Of a stretch of 64,000 bases of DNA, positions 1-13,513 are shown piece after piece. The translations under genes and the position numbers were made by a program. A model generated the notes under the pieces. It searched no databases, was not told the origin of the DNA, and worked only from the letters and a program-made list of their open reading frames with translations. Within the stretch, counting starts at the first letter, position 1, and each line of letters starts with the position of its first letter. Source of the stretch: Tilletiaria anomala UBC 951 (Eukaryota). The stretch lies in assembly GCF_000711695.1 (NCBI RefSeq), contig NW_013547013.1:186001-250000 (forward strand). The letters run 5' to 3'.

Positions 1-1305
1 CAGCGTCCAAGCATTGCGTGACAAATGGCGTGATTTCAGCGGGGCAGCGGAGCAGCAGCACTTCCAAAGTCTGAAGGCATGCTTCGCGCAACTCATCATC
101 CTCTTCCTCTGAGTTTACCAGCGGAAGAATCGCTGTCATAAAGTCTGGAAGCCTCTTCCCAATCCGACGTGGTGATGCGCGCGCCAATGATCCAGTCAGG
201 AGGGTCATCGTGCGCCTCGCTTCCTTGTTTGACGACCAAAGGTCCGTGTGAGTCCTTTTGCAGATTTCAGTGAATGTCTCTGTCGATGCGCATGCGCCGA
301 GAATTGACATAGCCGTCATAGCACGTTTTCGCACGCCAGCGTTGTTGTGCTCGAGCGCGGTGAAGAATGCTTTCATGCTTGGCTGCTGGAAGTCCTTCTT
401 TGCTGCGGTGACTGATGGGGCGAATCGGCTGAAGATCTCAGTGACAATCTCTAGGCAATCGATAAGCAATTCCTGTGACGCTGTCGGCTGCATACAAGAA
501 CGAAAATTTGCATAAGCAAGGTGGCCCATAGAAACGTAACTACAAGCAACGAGGGCCGTATTGAACTCACACTTTCAATGACTTGAATCAGCTTAGGAGC
601 AAGCTTCATGGAGATGGAAGCAGCCAATTTCGAAGTAGGCGGAAGCTCAACTACCACCGTCTTCAGTCCTGTCAGACGTGGGGCAGAGCATGTCAATCCC
701 AAAGCCGGTCACTCCATCGCTGAACGTCCAACGCGCCTAGAGAAGCAATGTCTCGCAGTTCCTCTTCCTTTCCTGAAATGTATTCGACTAGCTTGTTTGT
801 GATGTTCTGCAGCTCTCCTTCGCGGACTCTTCGCACCAGGATGCCCAATCTGTGGAGTCAGAGTGACGCGGATCAGCACATGATGTTGTTGGGACTCTGG
901 ATAGCGGAGCTTCTAAATCTATTCGCAGTACATACGTCTTGACAGTCATGTTCTTAACCTCTCCGTTCGTGTCCTTCATCATCTCAAGAACCTGATTGAC
1001 TGTCCGCGACTCGGTGCCCACATCCTTCACGATGAAGTCATCGGACTTGGCTCGCGTGATCAAGTCATTGAGAGCCATGTACCTGTAGCGCGTGGTTGGG
1101 GATCAGTCTCCCTTCGTTGTCTAGGTGGTCCCACTGCATGGAGCTTACCGGTAGTCCGGATCGGCGGATCGCATCTATGAAGAGAAAGTCGAGCGGAAGA
1201 CAAGCAGATTGATCAGAATGGTGCTTGGGGCGCACTACGGCCCCAGATCTAAGCTGCACACACCTTCTCCAGAAGAGTGGCCACGAAGGCCGAAGTGCGG
1301 TCCAT
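1..1305 (-). CDS. CAND1: Cullin-associated NEDD8-dissociated protein 1 (CAND1/TIP120), 5' portion; multi-exon, runs off the window start
   Basis: Spliced minus-strand translation from ATG 1305 gives MDRTSAFVATLLEK|MRSADPDYR|YMALNDL...KDTNGEVKNMTVKT|LGILVRRVRE...EELRDIASLG|LKTVVVELP. This matches the CAND1 N-terminus (LLEKMTSSDKDFRFMATNDL...EDKNGEVQNLAVKCLG...LRDISSIGLKTVIGELP). Confidence 0.9.
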
Positions 1306-1800
1306 GTTGGGCGACGGATTTCCTCGCACCTCGTGTCGTACTTCGACAAGGGCAGGGCCAGTTGAAATGCAGAGTGGGAAAATGGAAAGAGATCGATGCC
1401 TCAGTGGCAAGCCATAGCAACGGAGCAAAATGGCTGCTTGACTCTTGAGCACCTTGGGCGTCTAGCTGACAAAGGACTAGAAAGTCGGGATCGAGGGCAG
1501 GCGTCAATGCGGCGTCATGCCACGCTCGGACCATCCGAGGGTATGAATTGTGGCACCACGGCAGCCAAGTTGGCTTCGCTGTTGCAGTCGAGGGTGATGT
1601 TGTCGTGAGGGTTGAGCGACCACTCAAAGGATGAACACACGCGTCAATCCTCATATCCCCGGTCTTCGTGCTCTCGGCTCACGCGTCATAAGCTCTACGC
1701 TCTCCGCTCAATATCAAGCATCTGCGTGTGGTTAGACTTGCCCTCTTCGCGCCTAGCAGACAGTTCCAACTGTCTCCCTGGCGTTAGCCTGTCAAGCGAT

Positions 1801-4800
1801 ATGCGTCGCAGCAGCCAGACTCCTGGGAACGTCTCGACCTCAGCGGTTCATCCTTTGCCAACCCAGCCATCTAGCTTTTGGACGCGCAAAGAAGACCAAG
1901 CCGTTGTGCGAAATCGTAGAGGAAATGTGTTGACAAGGGGCTTGATTCTCAAGACCGATCACTTTGCTGGAAGTGAGTCGATTGCAGGTTGCGACACTCT
2001 GTTTTGGTGTCTCTGGTTGGAGCTAAGGTCTATTGCAACCTCATATGTTTCTTAGCTCGGCCTGCGCATCTTTCGATCCACTTGCAAGGAGCACCGAATT
2101 TTCGAAAAGCGAACGTCGATCTAGGAGTGTATGGAGTAGCCCAACCAAGCATCACTGGCCTCAAGACCATCCTCTCAGTATTGGGCTGTCAACCGGAGGG
2201 TAGCACAGATGGAGAAAAACTGTCAGCCGGGGATACTCTCCATCTTGTGCAGCTCTCTCCCTCTCCAGCCCCTTCTCCAAATCCATTGAATTCTCCTTTC
2301 AAGGGTCTATCAACATCGTCTGCAGGAGATGATGGGGGAGTTGCTTCTGGATTGTCGGTGCGTGATAAGTGCGTGTGGGTATGTACCAGAGAGGAGCCAG
2401 TCATCTACATCTGCGGGCGGCCTTTTGTTCTGCGCGATGCAGACACCCCGACAATGACGCTTGGCATGTCGGATCGTGCTTCTAATTTGGAAGGCATTGA
2501 ATCAAGACTCAAAGATGATATTTTGAACGAGGCTTCAAAGCACAACAACCTGCTACTCGTGCACGAGGAAGATCGCGGTGGCAATGTGATCCCAACCTGG
2601 ATCTGCGTCAGCTCTGATGCTGTCATGACGGTCAAGGAGGTATATAGAGCTATCATAAAAGCAGGCTGGAAAGTAGAGTACCATAGAGTACCGATCTCGG
2701 AGACCCAGGCCATCGAGAACAACTACGTGAGGAATGATCGAGCAGAGCTGCTGCGTGGTATGGCAACTCACTGGAGCGGCTTCACCCATAGCTTGACGCC
2801 TATGCGCAAATCATTAAGAGAGTCGACCCTCGGACAACTTCCATCGTCGCCAATTGCGGCGCTGGCTTCAACCGGACAACCTTTGCAATGGTCGCAGCTC
2901 TCCTGATCAGACGCAAGCAGCTCTTGCTTCTAGATCGTCCAGATCCATTCCAAGAGGCCTCCTTCGTTCGAAGTACCTTGTTGACAGGAGCTTCGTCGGC
3001 AAATTATCCGGTGCCAACGACCGCAGTGGCTAAATCCATGGAAGCAGTCACCCAGCAACAAGCTCAGAGTCGCGCACTGCTCCGCCTGATCAAAACACTA
3101 GGCGAAGCCTTCTCGCGCGAAGCGTCCCAATCCGTTACCGAGCTCCTGCTAATGGATCCTGTCTTGACGGACAGCCTACGAGCAGCCGGCACCGGAGACT
3201 TTGGGATCATCCGCCAACTTTCTGGGCTCCTTGACGAAGGTCTAGAAAGCAAAGCATTGGTCGACACGGCTGTTGACGCCTGTTCGCAGGTGACTAACTT
3301 GCGCGAGGCTATCTTGATCGAGCGTGTACAGTATGCAGCTCAGTCAGGCCGGTTGGACCCGGAAGGGAAGACGAGCCGATCTCATCTTCAGAAAGCCTTG
3401 AGGGCACTGGAAAGGTACGTTGCACCATGCTGTACGAGCTACAGCTACGCCGCTGTCTCATGCTCTGTTTCCATGAACAGGTATTATTTCCTCGTCGCCT
3501 TTGCGTCCTACGTAAACGCTAGCAAGACTGCAGTGTTTGATCACCGCTTCGTTGTGTGGCTGAAGGCTCGAGGAGAGATCTGGAACAGCATTCTTCGAAT
3601 CCGCTCACAAACCATGCAGCTCGTACGTTCAGCCCATTTTGTTGTGGCCATCCGTGCATCTGTAACTGACTTTTCAACATCTCTAGTACCTCTTCGATCC
3701 CATCTCTGATCTCTCTTCCCTGAGCAAAGCTCTGACTGGTCAGTCTATAACAATCTCGAGCCTGCAAGATCGGCCCGCTCAGGGCGAAATTGGAGACGAA
3801 TTTGCGGAGCACATCATCCGCAACAGGGCGGGTATTGTCCTTCGGCCCATGACATTATTGAAGTGCGATATCTGGCGACGATTCGCTGAGCTCAATGCCG
3901 GCCTGGAGGTCCGAGGCACCGTCAACTTCCGCTGCATCGAGGGAACAGAGATCTATGCGACGGGCCAACCAACTGACGAAGGGATCAACAATGTAATCAT
4001 GAATGTGACGGAGCGCGGCGGTAGATCGGTCTCGCAAGTGACGTGGCTCAACCTCCGTGAAGAACCCTTAGTCTACATCAACGGAAAACCTTACTGCCTG
4101 CGACCGAGCGGCATGTCCTTGCGCAATTCCAAAGCTTTCAGTGGGATCTCTTGGACCAGGCTTCAGCTTCTCGAGGACCGTCTGAAGGGAGACATTCTGG
4201 CCGAGCTTACAAATGGTGACAACAGGGTTTTGCTGCACACCGAGACAGAAGATGGCGCTGTCGTTCCGGTGTGGGAGGAGGTAGAGGCGCAAGACGTGCA
4301 GACTGTCTCGGAGGTAATGGGCGGCAAAGCTCGTGATCTTGCTTCCAGTGGCATCAAACTTGATTATCGGAGAATTCCCATCACAGCAGAGAAGATGCCA
4401 GACTCGAGCGATATGACCGACCTCTTGTCCGTTGTGCTGCAGGCTAAAGCGGATAATTCACCCATCATTCTTAACGACCAATTGGGCCGAGGTCGTAGCA
4501 CGCTCACAGCAATCATTGTTCTTTTGGTTTCGCAGTGGATTGACGATTCTGATGCGACAGTCGATGCGAGTCCATCAGGAACAGGAGCAGCAGCCAAGGC
4601 GGAAGACCGAGCAACCTTGCATTACCACATCATCAATTCCGTCTTGCGCGTCTTGCCGAAAGGCTTGGAAGTCAAGAGACGAGTGGACCGTGCAATCGAT
4701 GCATGCTCCCAGATCCTGAACTTGCGCGACTCGATCGAAGAAGCTCGCCTGGCAGCAGAAGACTTGGACGACAAGGACGCCAGGGATGCCAAGCTCTCAG

Positions 4801-6490
4801 GCGGGCTGCAAAACCTGCGTCGATATTTCGAGCTCATGATCTTCCAAGCCTACCTCATGTCCACCGTACCAAGCATTCCGGTCTCTTCGACTTTCGAGCG
4901 ATTTGTCACCAGGCAACCGGTGTTCAAGACTCTCGCTAAAGACTTTGAAAATGAGCCATTGACGACCATTACGCCCCTTCAGAGCGGAGTCAAGGAGGGG
5001 TTGGCATCCGAAAGCGAAGAGCAGGAGGTCATCAGCAATCGGAATGGCTCCATTCTCAGTCCTTTTACCATGCTCAAGTCAGACTTCTTCCCTGGTATCC
5101 TCAAGAAGAGCTTGCCCGTCCACATCGACGGCATGCCAAATATGCGCGGCGTTCCCATGCAGCTGCTCGCTTCTGCATCCTTATCCTCATCGATCAATCT
5201 GGAGTCGTTTAGCGCGCGCGAAGTCTGGGGTACCGGAATGCCCACCCTTACAGGTCTGCGGCTTGGGTTGCAGAAGATGGGCGCTGCGCCCGATGGACCC
5301 TCCCGCGTAGTTTGGACATCCTTGCGCGAGGAGCCGGTCCTATACGTGAAGGGACGACCCCACGTCCTACGCCTTGCGGACCAACCTCTGACGAACGTCG
5401 AAGCTACTGGTATTACAACTGAGGTTGTTGAACAAATGGAGCGCGCCTTGAAAGCAGATGTGATCAATGAAGCCCGTGCACGAGAGAACAGAGTTCTACT
5501 ACATGACGAGATCGACCTCGCTGCTGGACGGTACGAGCTTGTGCCGGTCTGGGAGCACGTCGCGGATGAAGATGTGCTAACTCCGAGAGAGGTCAGTAAA
5601 TGGAACCGACTGGCATTCATCTCAAAAGTGTCTGACGCCTTCCTCATCGTGCACCAGGTCTATGAGACGGTAGTGCGCGAAGGCTACAAGGTGGACTACG
5701 CACGTCTAGCAGTCACAGATGAGCAAGCGCCGCGAGCGACCGTTTTCTCCATGCTAGAGAACCGCATTCATCTGGCCCTCCGCACCGGATCTATCCCCGT
5801 CTTTAATTGCCAGATGGGTCGAGGAAGGACCTCTGTTTCGATGATCATCGCGTCGCTCGTGACGACCATTTCCATTGGGGCCGAAGATCTCTTATCTGGC
5901 TCTCTGGTCGCATCGATCACAATCGACGCCAATGGAGGCGACATCGCCGACGAGTGGGACGAGCAGTATTTGATCAAGGGCGAATACCGTAGTATTCTAC
6001 AGCTCGTTGGTGTGCTAACGCATGGACAGCTGGCCAAAAAGCTGGCCGACAGGGTGAGGAACATGTACGACGAAGGTAGATGCCTTGGTCGGGTTGACTG
6101 AAATGTCTTTGCGATTCACAGGCAATAGACCTCATGGAGGCTGTCCAAAATCTGCGCAAGGCCGTCTATGATGCGAAGCTGCGCCTCAACACCGCAGAGG
6201 CGGGGACAAGCAAGTGGCGCTCGCTTCATCGGGTCTATGCGAACTATCTGCAGCGTTACGGCTATCTGATCGCTTTTGCCGACTACCTCCTGGAAAAATC
6301 TCAGCATTTCAGCTCGGATAGCACGAGCGATGGAGCTGACATCGATGCGTCAACTGTCGGATCCGAGGTGCTTGATTCGCAAACCCCTTCTGATTCACAA
6401 GTCCTTTCCGGCTTTCCTACGTTCGTCAAGTGGCTGCAGCTTCGTCCGGAGATTGGCCGCATACTCGATAACGTTCAAGATCTCCAATAA
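1801..6490 (+). CDS. Paladin-like protein with three PTP-like phytase (inositol hexakisphosphate) domains; multi-exon
   Basis: Three repeats of the module (ILKxDxF...G(A/M)xNxR...GxxQP/MP...WxxLREEPVxYxxGxPxxLR...Y(H/R/A)R(V/I/L)). P-loop-like motifs: NCGAGFNRTT (~2852), NDQLGRGRST (~4472), NCQMGRGRTS (~5805). First intron 1973-2055; stop at 6490. Confidence 0.85.
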
Positions 6491-6659
6491 GTGGCATCTT
6501 GCGGCCAGACGTTCGTGCAGATGAGTTGCGCCTAAAACCAGCTCTCAAAGGGGAGTGCAAGCGGTCAGGCAGGGAGACTGCTTGACGAGAGTATGGGCGT
6601 TCACTGCCTCTTGCATCGCTGCGAGACGACTATTATGCTACATAGATGACCCTCGGTCC

Positions 6660-9572
6660 TCACTCCTCATCGAGCTCTGCATCGTTATCTCCCCCTTCAT
6701 CCCCCTTATCGTGCGCTGCCTCAAAAGTTGCGGGGGACGCCTCGGACATCTCTTTCCAGGCGTCTTCGATACGAGCTGCGGCTCGCAGCCCAACTACAGC
6801 CTTGGCATCTCTGACAGCCGTGTCGAGAGCGTTCATAGCCTTCTGTACATCCTGCCTATCCCGCAATAGATGCTGCAGCCACGTGATGCGTGCTTGCACG
6901 AAAATTTCTGGGTCGGTTGTATGACTGCTGAAAAGCAGCTTGCCGAAGATCTGATCCGCCTTGGCTGCTTCCTTCGATAGGCGCGCAGAACTGTCTGCGT
7001 CGCCCTGCTTCGCTTGCCAGTACGCCGGCGCTCGCTCGCTGTGACCGCGATGCTTGTGCTGGCCAGCCAGCGAGCGATATCGCGCGGCGTGAAGCTCGCA
7101 CAGCTTGAGCCAGAAGCCAGCGCTCGCGACGCTATCCTTCATGACGATCGCGCGGGCCGCATCCATTGCACGCTCTGCGGTCTTGGCCGACCGCGCATCT
7201 TCCAAGCGGGCGGCAATGCCAAAGACAGCCGAAAGCACGCTGTCGTGTATCGCCTGACGCACTTCGCGCGCCTCTGGGTCGGTGCATGTCTGTACGGACC
7301 GACGCGAGTTGTCGACCAAGGTATCGAATGAAGCCCACACCCAGCGATCTGCCTTCTTGTCGCGCAGCGCCAGCTCGCGCGAAACCAAGTCGATGGTGCG
7401 TTGCCACAGCGCGGTTGACTCTGGCGCTGCAGCGACGGCGAGAAGGTGTTCGCGCAAGAGCTCATCCTTGGCATCAGGCTCTGCGCGCTGTACCAAGCGG
7501 CGCTTGGCGCAGTCGAGCGAAAGGCACCATAAGCGTGCGGCTGAGTCGGACGTAGCGACTGAGTTGCTCCCAAGCTTCTCGGCGGTGTACGAGCAGGTCT
7601 TGATAGCTTTGCGGATCCGCTGAGCTTCAGCAGCGTCATCTCTTTCATCCACTTGCGCATGGGCGAAGTGCATCTCGGCGACAGGGAAGCTAAGATACTT
7701 GCTCTTCTTGGCCGATATGTACACCTGTTCCGAAAGCGCGTCGACAAGAGCGCGCAACTCGGGCCCCTCCTGCGCAGCCCACGTCGCTCGCAGAGCTTGC
7801 AAGAAGTGCGTCTCTAGTTCTGCAAGTTTTGAGGCTTCTGCGACCGTCGAAACATCGGCGACTGAGGAAACTGCATCGGCAGCTGTGAGTGATTGCACTG
7901 CCTCTGCATAGTGTTTGAAGGCGGAAATGACGTCCTTCGGCAGTGTCTCGTCCTCCATGTCTTGCCGTGCAAGGACATCATTCATGAGGTTCAAGACGAG
8001 AAGACGCTGCGTCTCGGACTGCTGCGTGCTTGCAGCAACCGCGCGTTCAATGTCACTACCATCCATCTGCAAGGTGCTTGCAGCTTTGAGTGATTCGTTC
8101 GTCTCCATCTCGCTGGCCAATTCCTCGGACGAAGGCCAGAGCTGGACGTTTGCGCTGATGGGGGCTGAGCCAAGCACGAACGATGCATGCGCCACATGCG
8201 GGAAATGAGTGCGTAGATGCGCATGCACGTCCTCAACCAACTCATTTCGGAGCTTCTGGCCACTTCCTTGCTTGGCGTGTCCGTCCGCAAAGGGGAAGCT
8301 TGCAAGGAGCATTCGAACTGCTACGAGGTAGATGAAGCGATATCGTTGCGGCAGGTTGTCCACAGCCGAGCGGACGGCAAGACGGATGATAGCCCCTTGC
8401 AGAACGGGCAGCTGCGCCGCGGCACTGGCTTTGGAGGCATCTACCACTTTCTGGGCAGCAGACACTGAGCTATCCGGTTGCGGCTTTGATGCCGCCGTCG
8501 CCTTCGCTGTTGCGCTTAGCTCTTGGCCACTTCCTTCGGCGTCGCCCTCGTCGTCGTCTTTGCCAGCGTCATTGAGCGCTTGCGCGGCCTCAAAAGCCTG
8601 TTCTTGCATATCCGCGTCTTCCTCCTCGCCGTTCCGCTCCATCGCGTCTGCTGCTGCGGCCTTGGATGCCAGCTCATCAGACGCGCCCTCTGCACTGATG
8701 CCAAGGATGGCCCAGCGCCGCCGCAGACGCTCCATGAACACGAGCTCCATCCTGACGTATTCGAGAGCCAAGTCGAGATAGTCGCGTTCTTTAGAGCCTG
8801 GCGGAACGAAGAGAGACGCGGAGTCATCCTTCCGACCCTGCCTTGACGAGGAGACGACCGCTCCATTCAACTTGCTCTTTTTGCTCGGCCTGTCTCCATC
8901 CTGCGAGCTGAGCAGGTGGCGCTCGCGCTTCTTGCGATCGCCTCCTGCTCGCGCCGCATCATGTTGGACCGGACGATTGATGCGCAGCGCACGCTGCAGC
9001 AGCGCACGCGCGGCCGTCGGCGCGCCATTTGCATTGAGCTCGTGGTCCGCCGCGAGGATCCACAGACGCGTGTTCTGTGGGTGCAAGGCGAGACCGCGCC
9101 CGAGGACGCGCCCGAGGACGACGCGCATGCCGTTCGATTTAGCCCATTGGATATAATCGATCCATACGTGCACTTGCGATTTAAATTTTCGCACGGCTCG
9201 CTCGTAGATCGAAATCGTCCGGGCCGTGCTGGCTGACTTGAACTGTGAGAGCACCGCCTTTGGCAAGTCTATTGCAGGGTGAGGAAGGGCCGAATCGGTC
9301 AGCAATTGCTACAGAAGTGACAAAGCGAAGGCTACAGCTGCATCCTCACCCAGGGTTCTGCATCTGAGTAGTCTCAGCTTCTCCGTTCTCTCTTCGAAAT
9401 CGAGGTAGGCCTTAAAGTCCTCCCACAGCGCCACTCTGCGAACGAGGTTGGACTCATACTGCTGCCTCTGAGACGTCAAAGCACGCAGTTCCTCCCGCGT
9501 AAAGACACCGGACGTCGCGAGCAAGTCCAGCGATGGGAGCGAGCGCTCCAGCTGATACGTCACACGCTCCAT
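6660..9572 (-). CDS. UTP6: U3 snoRNA-associated protein 6 (HAT-repeat SSU processome component)
   Basis: N-terminus MERVTYQLERSLPSLDLL...FTREEL...RQQYESNL...DFKAYLDFE. After an intron near 9270-9349 come HAT repeats (IYERAVRKF...WIDYI...LWILAADHE...ARALLQRALRIN...EYVRMELVF). Confidence 0.85.
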
Positions 9573-10317
9573 TTTGGTGCGCTTGTGTCGCCCGACGCTC
9601 GAAGGATGATCGCAAGGTGGATCTGAGCAGTAGTCAGGCTAATGAAGAAGGAGCGAACGCGCCGCAGAGACCAGCTTCAGGACGCATTCACCGTGCGTCT
9701 GATTTCATGCCGTCTGAAGATACCTTGTGCCCTACCAGCTAAGGGGTCAATTATCAGGCTATCCGAGCAGGAGCATCACAAGAAGACGCCCTCTCCGTCA
9801 ACGAGTGTGAGATGAATTCCAATGGCGATGGCTTCGTTGTGACCTCGAAAAAATTGACTATGGGGGCGGAACGGGTCGACAATGCAGCACGTGACTTGCT
9901 TTGTCCTCCCTATGAATCAGTTGCGCATGCACATAGGGTTGTGTCCCCAACTCTCTGTGTCTTTGCCGAGCGATTGGTCGTCCCCTAGGCTTGGCCCTAT
10001 GGTTTTGTGATTAACCCACCAGCCTGGAGAGGAGAGCGCTCTGGCTGCACGCATCTTCATGCTCATCAGCTAGGCCGGGGGTTGTCTCCTTTTGTGAGGG
10101 TTGGCTGTGGTGTGACGCCTGCCAGCCTCACACCCACACTCTCTCCTAGTCAGTCAGCGAGTGAGTGACCTCAAGATCATACTCAACACCACATCAATCG
10201 CTCTTAGCTCCAACACATCTCCAACTGCTTGGGTCCTGCCTAAAGCAACCACATCGGCCAGCGTAGCAGTGCAAGTTGACTCTCCACAGGTGACCCCGCA
10301 TCGAAAGCAAGCGCAAG

Positions 10318-11597
10318 ATGGCTTCCAGAAAGAAGGTCCTTCTTAAGGTGCGTAGCGATCGCAGAGTGGGCTTCAGCTCGTGGAGCAGCCTCCTTGCCTT
10401 GCAAGCCATTTGATCCAGTTGGCCCACCATTTTATTTTTGTGGAGGTGATGCTGATAAGATCGCTGATTCGCCCCTCTGCAATCGTCGTGCTCCTCTCGC
10501 TGCCATCTCCAACAGGTCATCGTGAGTACCTTCAAAACGCGTGTCACTGCTGTCCCTCGAGCTGCTATGCTGACCACACTGACTCGTCGTCCGACTCTCA
10601 TTACTGACACGCAGATCCTTGGCGACTCTGGGTGAGGATAGGCAAGTCCGCTCCTGCTATTAATTATGCCCATTCTTACATAGCTCGTTGATCCCTTTGC
10701 CGTTCGCCTATGTTCAACTACACCATCCCAATCGCGGTCGTGCCTCCGCTTCCTTGCAGTGTCGGCAAGACCTCTCTTATGAACCAATGTGCGTGATATC
10801 CTCTCCATGCTTACCTTTCTCTCAAGCTCGCTATCTCGATGTCAGGAAGCCAGAAGCAGGTTGCGAAGCGAGCGATCGGGTGAGGACATCATATAACCAA
10901 CATGGTGTTGACAAAGCTCGGATCTGTTTGTGCTTGCTTTACCCCATGTAGATGTCAACAAGCGTTTCTCATCAGCGTACAAAGCCACCATCGGGGCCGA
11001 CTTCCTCACTCGGGAGGTCATGGTCGATGACAGGCTCGTCACAATGCAAGTGTGTACTCTGTTCCCGTTCACTGTCCTTTGGGGATCATTCGAGTACTCA
11101 TCCGACGACCGAAAGTGCTGACACCTCGCGACACCGGTTGTCGCTCTCATGCCCCGCAGCTCTGGGACACAGCCGGCCAAGAGCGTTTCCAATCTTTAGG
11201 CGTTGCCTTTTACCGCGGCGCCGACTGCTGTGTGCTGGTGTACGACGTCAATTCGAGCAAATCATTCGAGACCCTCGATTCGTGGCGCGACGAGTTCCTC
11301 ATCCAGGCCAGCCCGCACGACGTGGAGAACTTCCCGTTCGTCGTGCTAGGGAATAAGATCGACTGCGAGGAGAGCAAGAGGATGGTCTCGCAAAAGCGAG
11401 CGATGACGTGGTGCCAGTCAAAAGGAAACATCCCATACTTTGAAACGTCAGCAAAGGAGGCCATTAATGTCGAGCAAGCTTTCCAGACCATTGCTAAGAA
11501 CGCGCTGCAACAGGAGGCAGAGGCAGAGCTATACGCCGACTACCCGGATCCGATCAGGATTGACAGCGACAACACGCAGGCCGGCTGCAATTGCTAA
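10318..11597 (+). CDS. YPT7: Rab7/Ypt7 small GTPase; exons 10318-10347, 10516-10521, 10615-10631, 10760-10788, 10952-11049, 11160-11597
   Basis: Spliced translation [47 protein letters not shown]...[21 protein letters not shown]...GNKID...ETSAK...GCNC (CxC prenylation signal). Confidence 0.97.
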
Positions 11598-11865
11598 TAA
11601 GTTGCACGTTCTCGACCGATTCTTCTCTCGCCATTCGCATCAGCTCTTGCCCATCTGCAAGTTCCACACGCCACGCATACCTCGTCGCGCCTGTCCGCCA
11701 TGACTCATTCCATCACCGCCCGTACGTCTTCACGCTACCGCTGCACGCAGCATGCAACCCTTATCGGTCGGGTACCTCTCGTGGTTGATGTGAATGATGC
11801 TCTTCAAGCTTAATCAATGAATGATAAATGCAATTTTTGCCTTCTGCTGAATGCAACACAGCTGC

Positions 11866-13140
11866 TTATCGCAACTGAACATTCCCTTGCCTCCTCCATC
11901 GTCGCCACGCCTCTGGGATGCCGTACCACATAGCCTGCGCCTGCACTCCCAACAGCGCGCCTGCGGCAGGATCGTCCCCAGCCGCAGCTGCTGAAGATGC
12001 GGGTTGACGAACAACACGGGGTGTTGGTCGTCCGTCCTTTGCGCTCCAGGCGCGCTCGGGTCGGATGCGGCCACGCGCATCGACCATGATGCCACACGTT
12101 GCGATGCACGCACTCAAGCTTGCGAACGCCGTGCTGGCACTCAGGCAGAAGATGATGATCATCTGCAGCTTAGCGGCCGTGTCGACTGCGGTGGTTGTTC
12201 GCGTCGTGCCGAGCAGAGAGTTAGGGAAGAGCGGGGACATGAGTCTGTCAAAAGTTTGAACGGAGGGAAATGTGGCGATGCACAGTGCTTGAGAGTGAAA
12301 TCGGAACGTACCGTCTGCACCACCAAGGACTGCTCCTGTGAACATGCCCGGAAGACTAATCAAGCCAATGACGGGCATTTGGTTGATGATCGGCGTCAAG
12401 GCTAATCGCAAGGCGTCGGTGGCAACGGGTCGACACGCTTCGAATCGTGTCGCTCCATGTGCCAGGTAGGTCTCCACCTTGTCGCGGTTCGAGCTGTTAG
12501 GGCGGAAGGCAGTAAATCGTTGAACGTCAGTGGGATGGGCGGCAATCAGTTTCTTCCTACAAGCTATATGCAGAACACTCACTTGAGTTGCTCAAGAGTG
12601 TAAGAGGTAGCTATTGTCACCCCGCTTATCGCATTGCCCAGCGCCATACCGAGCGCCGGGATGAACCTATGAATTAAGCATGATCATCAGCAGGCGGCGC
12701 TCAGCGGTCAAGACAAACCTTTAGGCTCACTTGCTCGGAGCCCACCAGGGATCCTGCGATAAGGCAAAGCGACTAGCAACCGCAAAGCAAGGCACACAAC
12801 CCATTATCATAGAAGTCAATGTCACTGTGAACATTCCCTCGTATCGGTACTTCGCCTTGTTCAGCGTGACCTCGGATGCGGCGAGCAGGTTGAGCACGAG
12901 CGCCATCAACGCCACGGCCCACAGCGAGTTTGCAGCGAAGATCCTGTCCAGCACGAGTGACATGATATATAGCTGCACGGCGCATCTTGCTGCTGCAATC
13001 AGAAGCGAGCGCGAGATGCCCAGCTTGAAGTAGATCGAGAGCAGCGCATCGATCAGCAGGAAGCAGAAGGCGATCAGCACGTTGGCCCAGGTGAGGTGCT
13101 GGCCCGGCGATGGGGTCAAAGGGTCTCCTGCCTGGCTCAT
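11866..13140 (-). CDS. UPF0014-family membrane protein (FetB/YbbM, plant STAR2/ALS3-like ABC permease half); four exons
   Basis: Hydrophobic protein with family-type motifs: LGISRSLLIAAARCAVQL, FIPALGMALGNAISG, VETYLAHGATRFEA, ALTPIINQM, GLISLPGMFTGAVLGGAD, AAKLQMII. Confidence 0.85.
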
Positions 13141-13513
13141 CTTGAGGATTCCCTCTCAACACTTATCGCGAATCCTGCATGCAAACTTTTAAAATGTCAG
13201 TGACCCTTCAAGTCGCAGCCATTGCACATGTCGTGGACAAGGGTGCGCTCAAAATTCGTTGCGTCGCTTGCTCTTTCAGTAACACAGCGGTGAGGCGTGT
13301 CGCTTGCGCTTGTGTGCAGGAACACGGACCAAAAAATAGCAACTTTGCCCTCCGTGCTTAGCTGACGGTTCGGGGTCTATTATATCGCGTGACGCGTTCA
13401 TCAAAGTGTCAAAACTACCTCCAGCCCAATGAAACAAAGGCGTAGCCGACCACAGCCGTGCATTTGCTATTTATTGACGGAAATCCGTGGCTGAAGTGGC
13501 AAGAACAAGGGCG

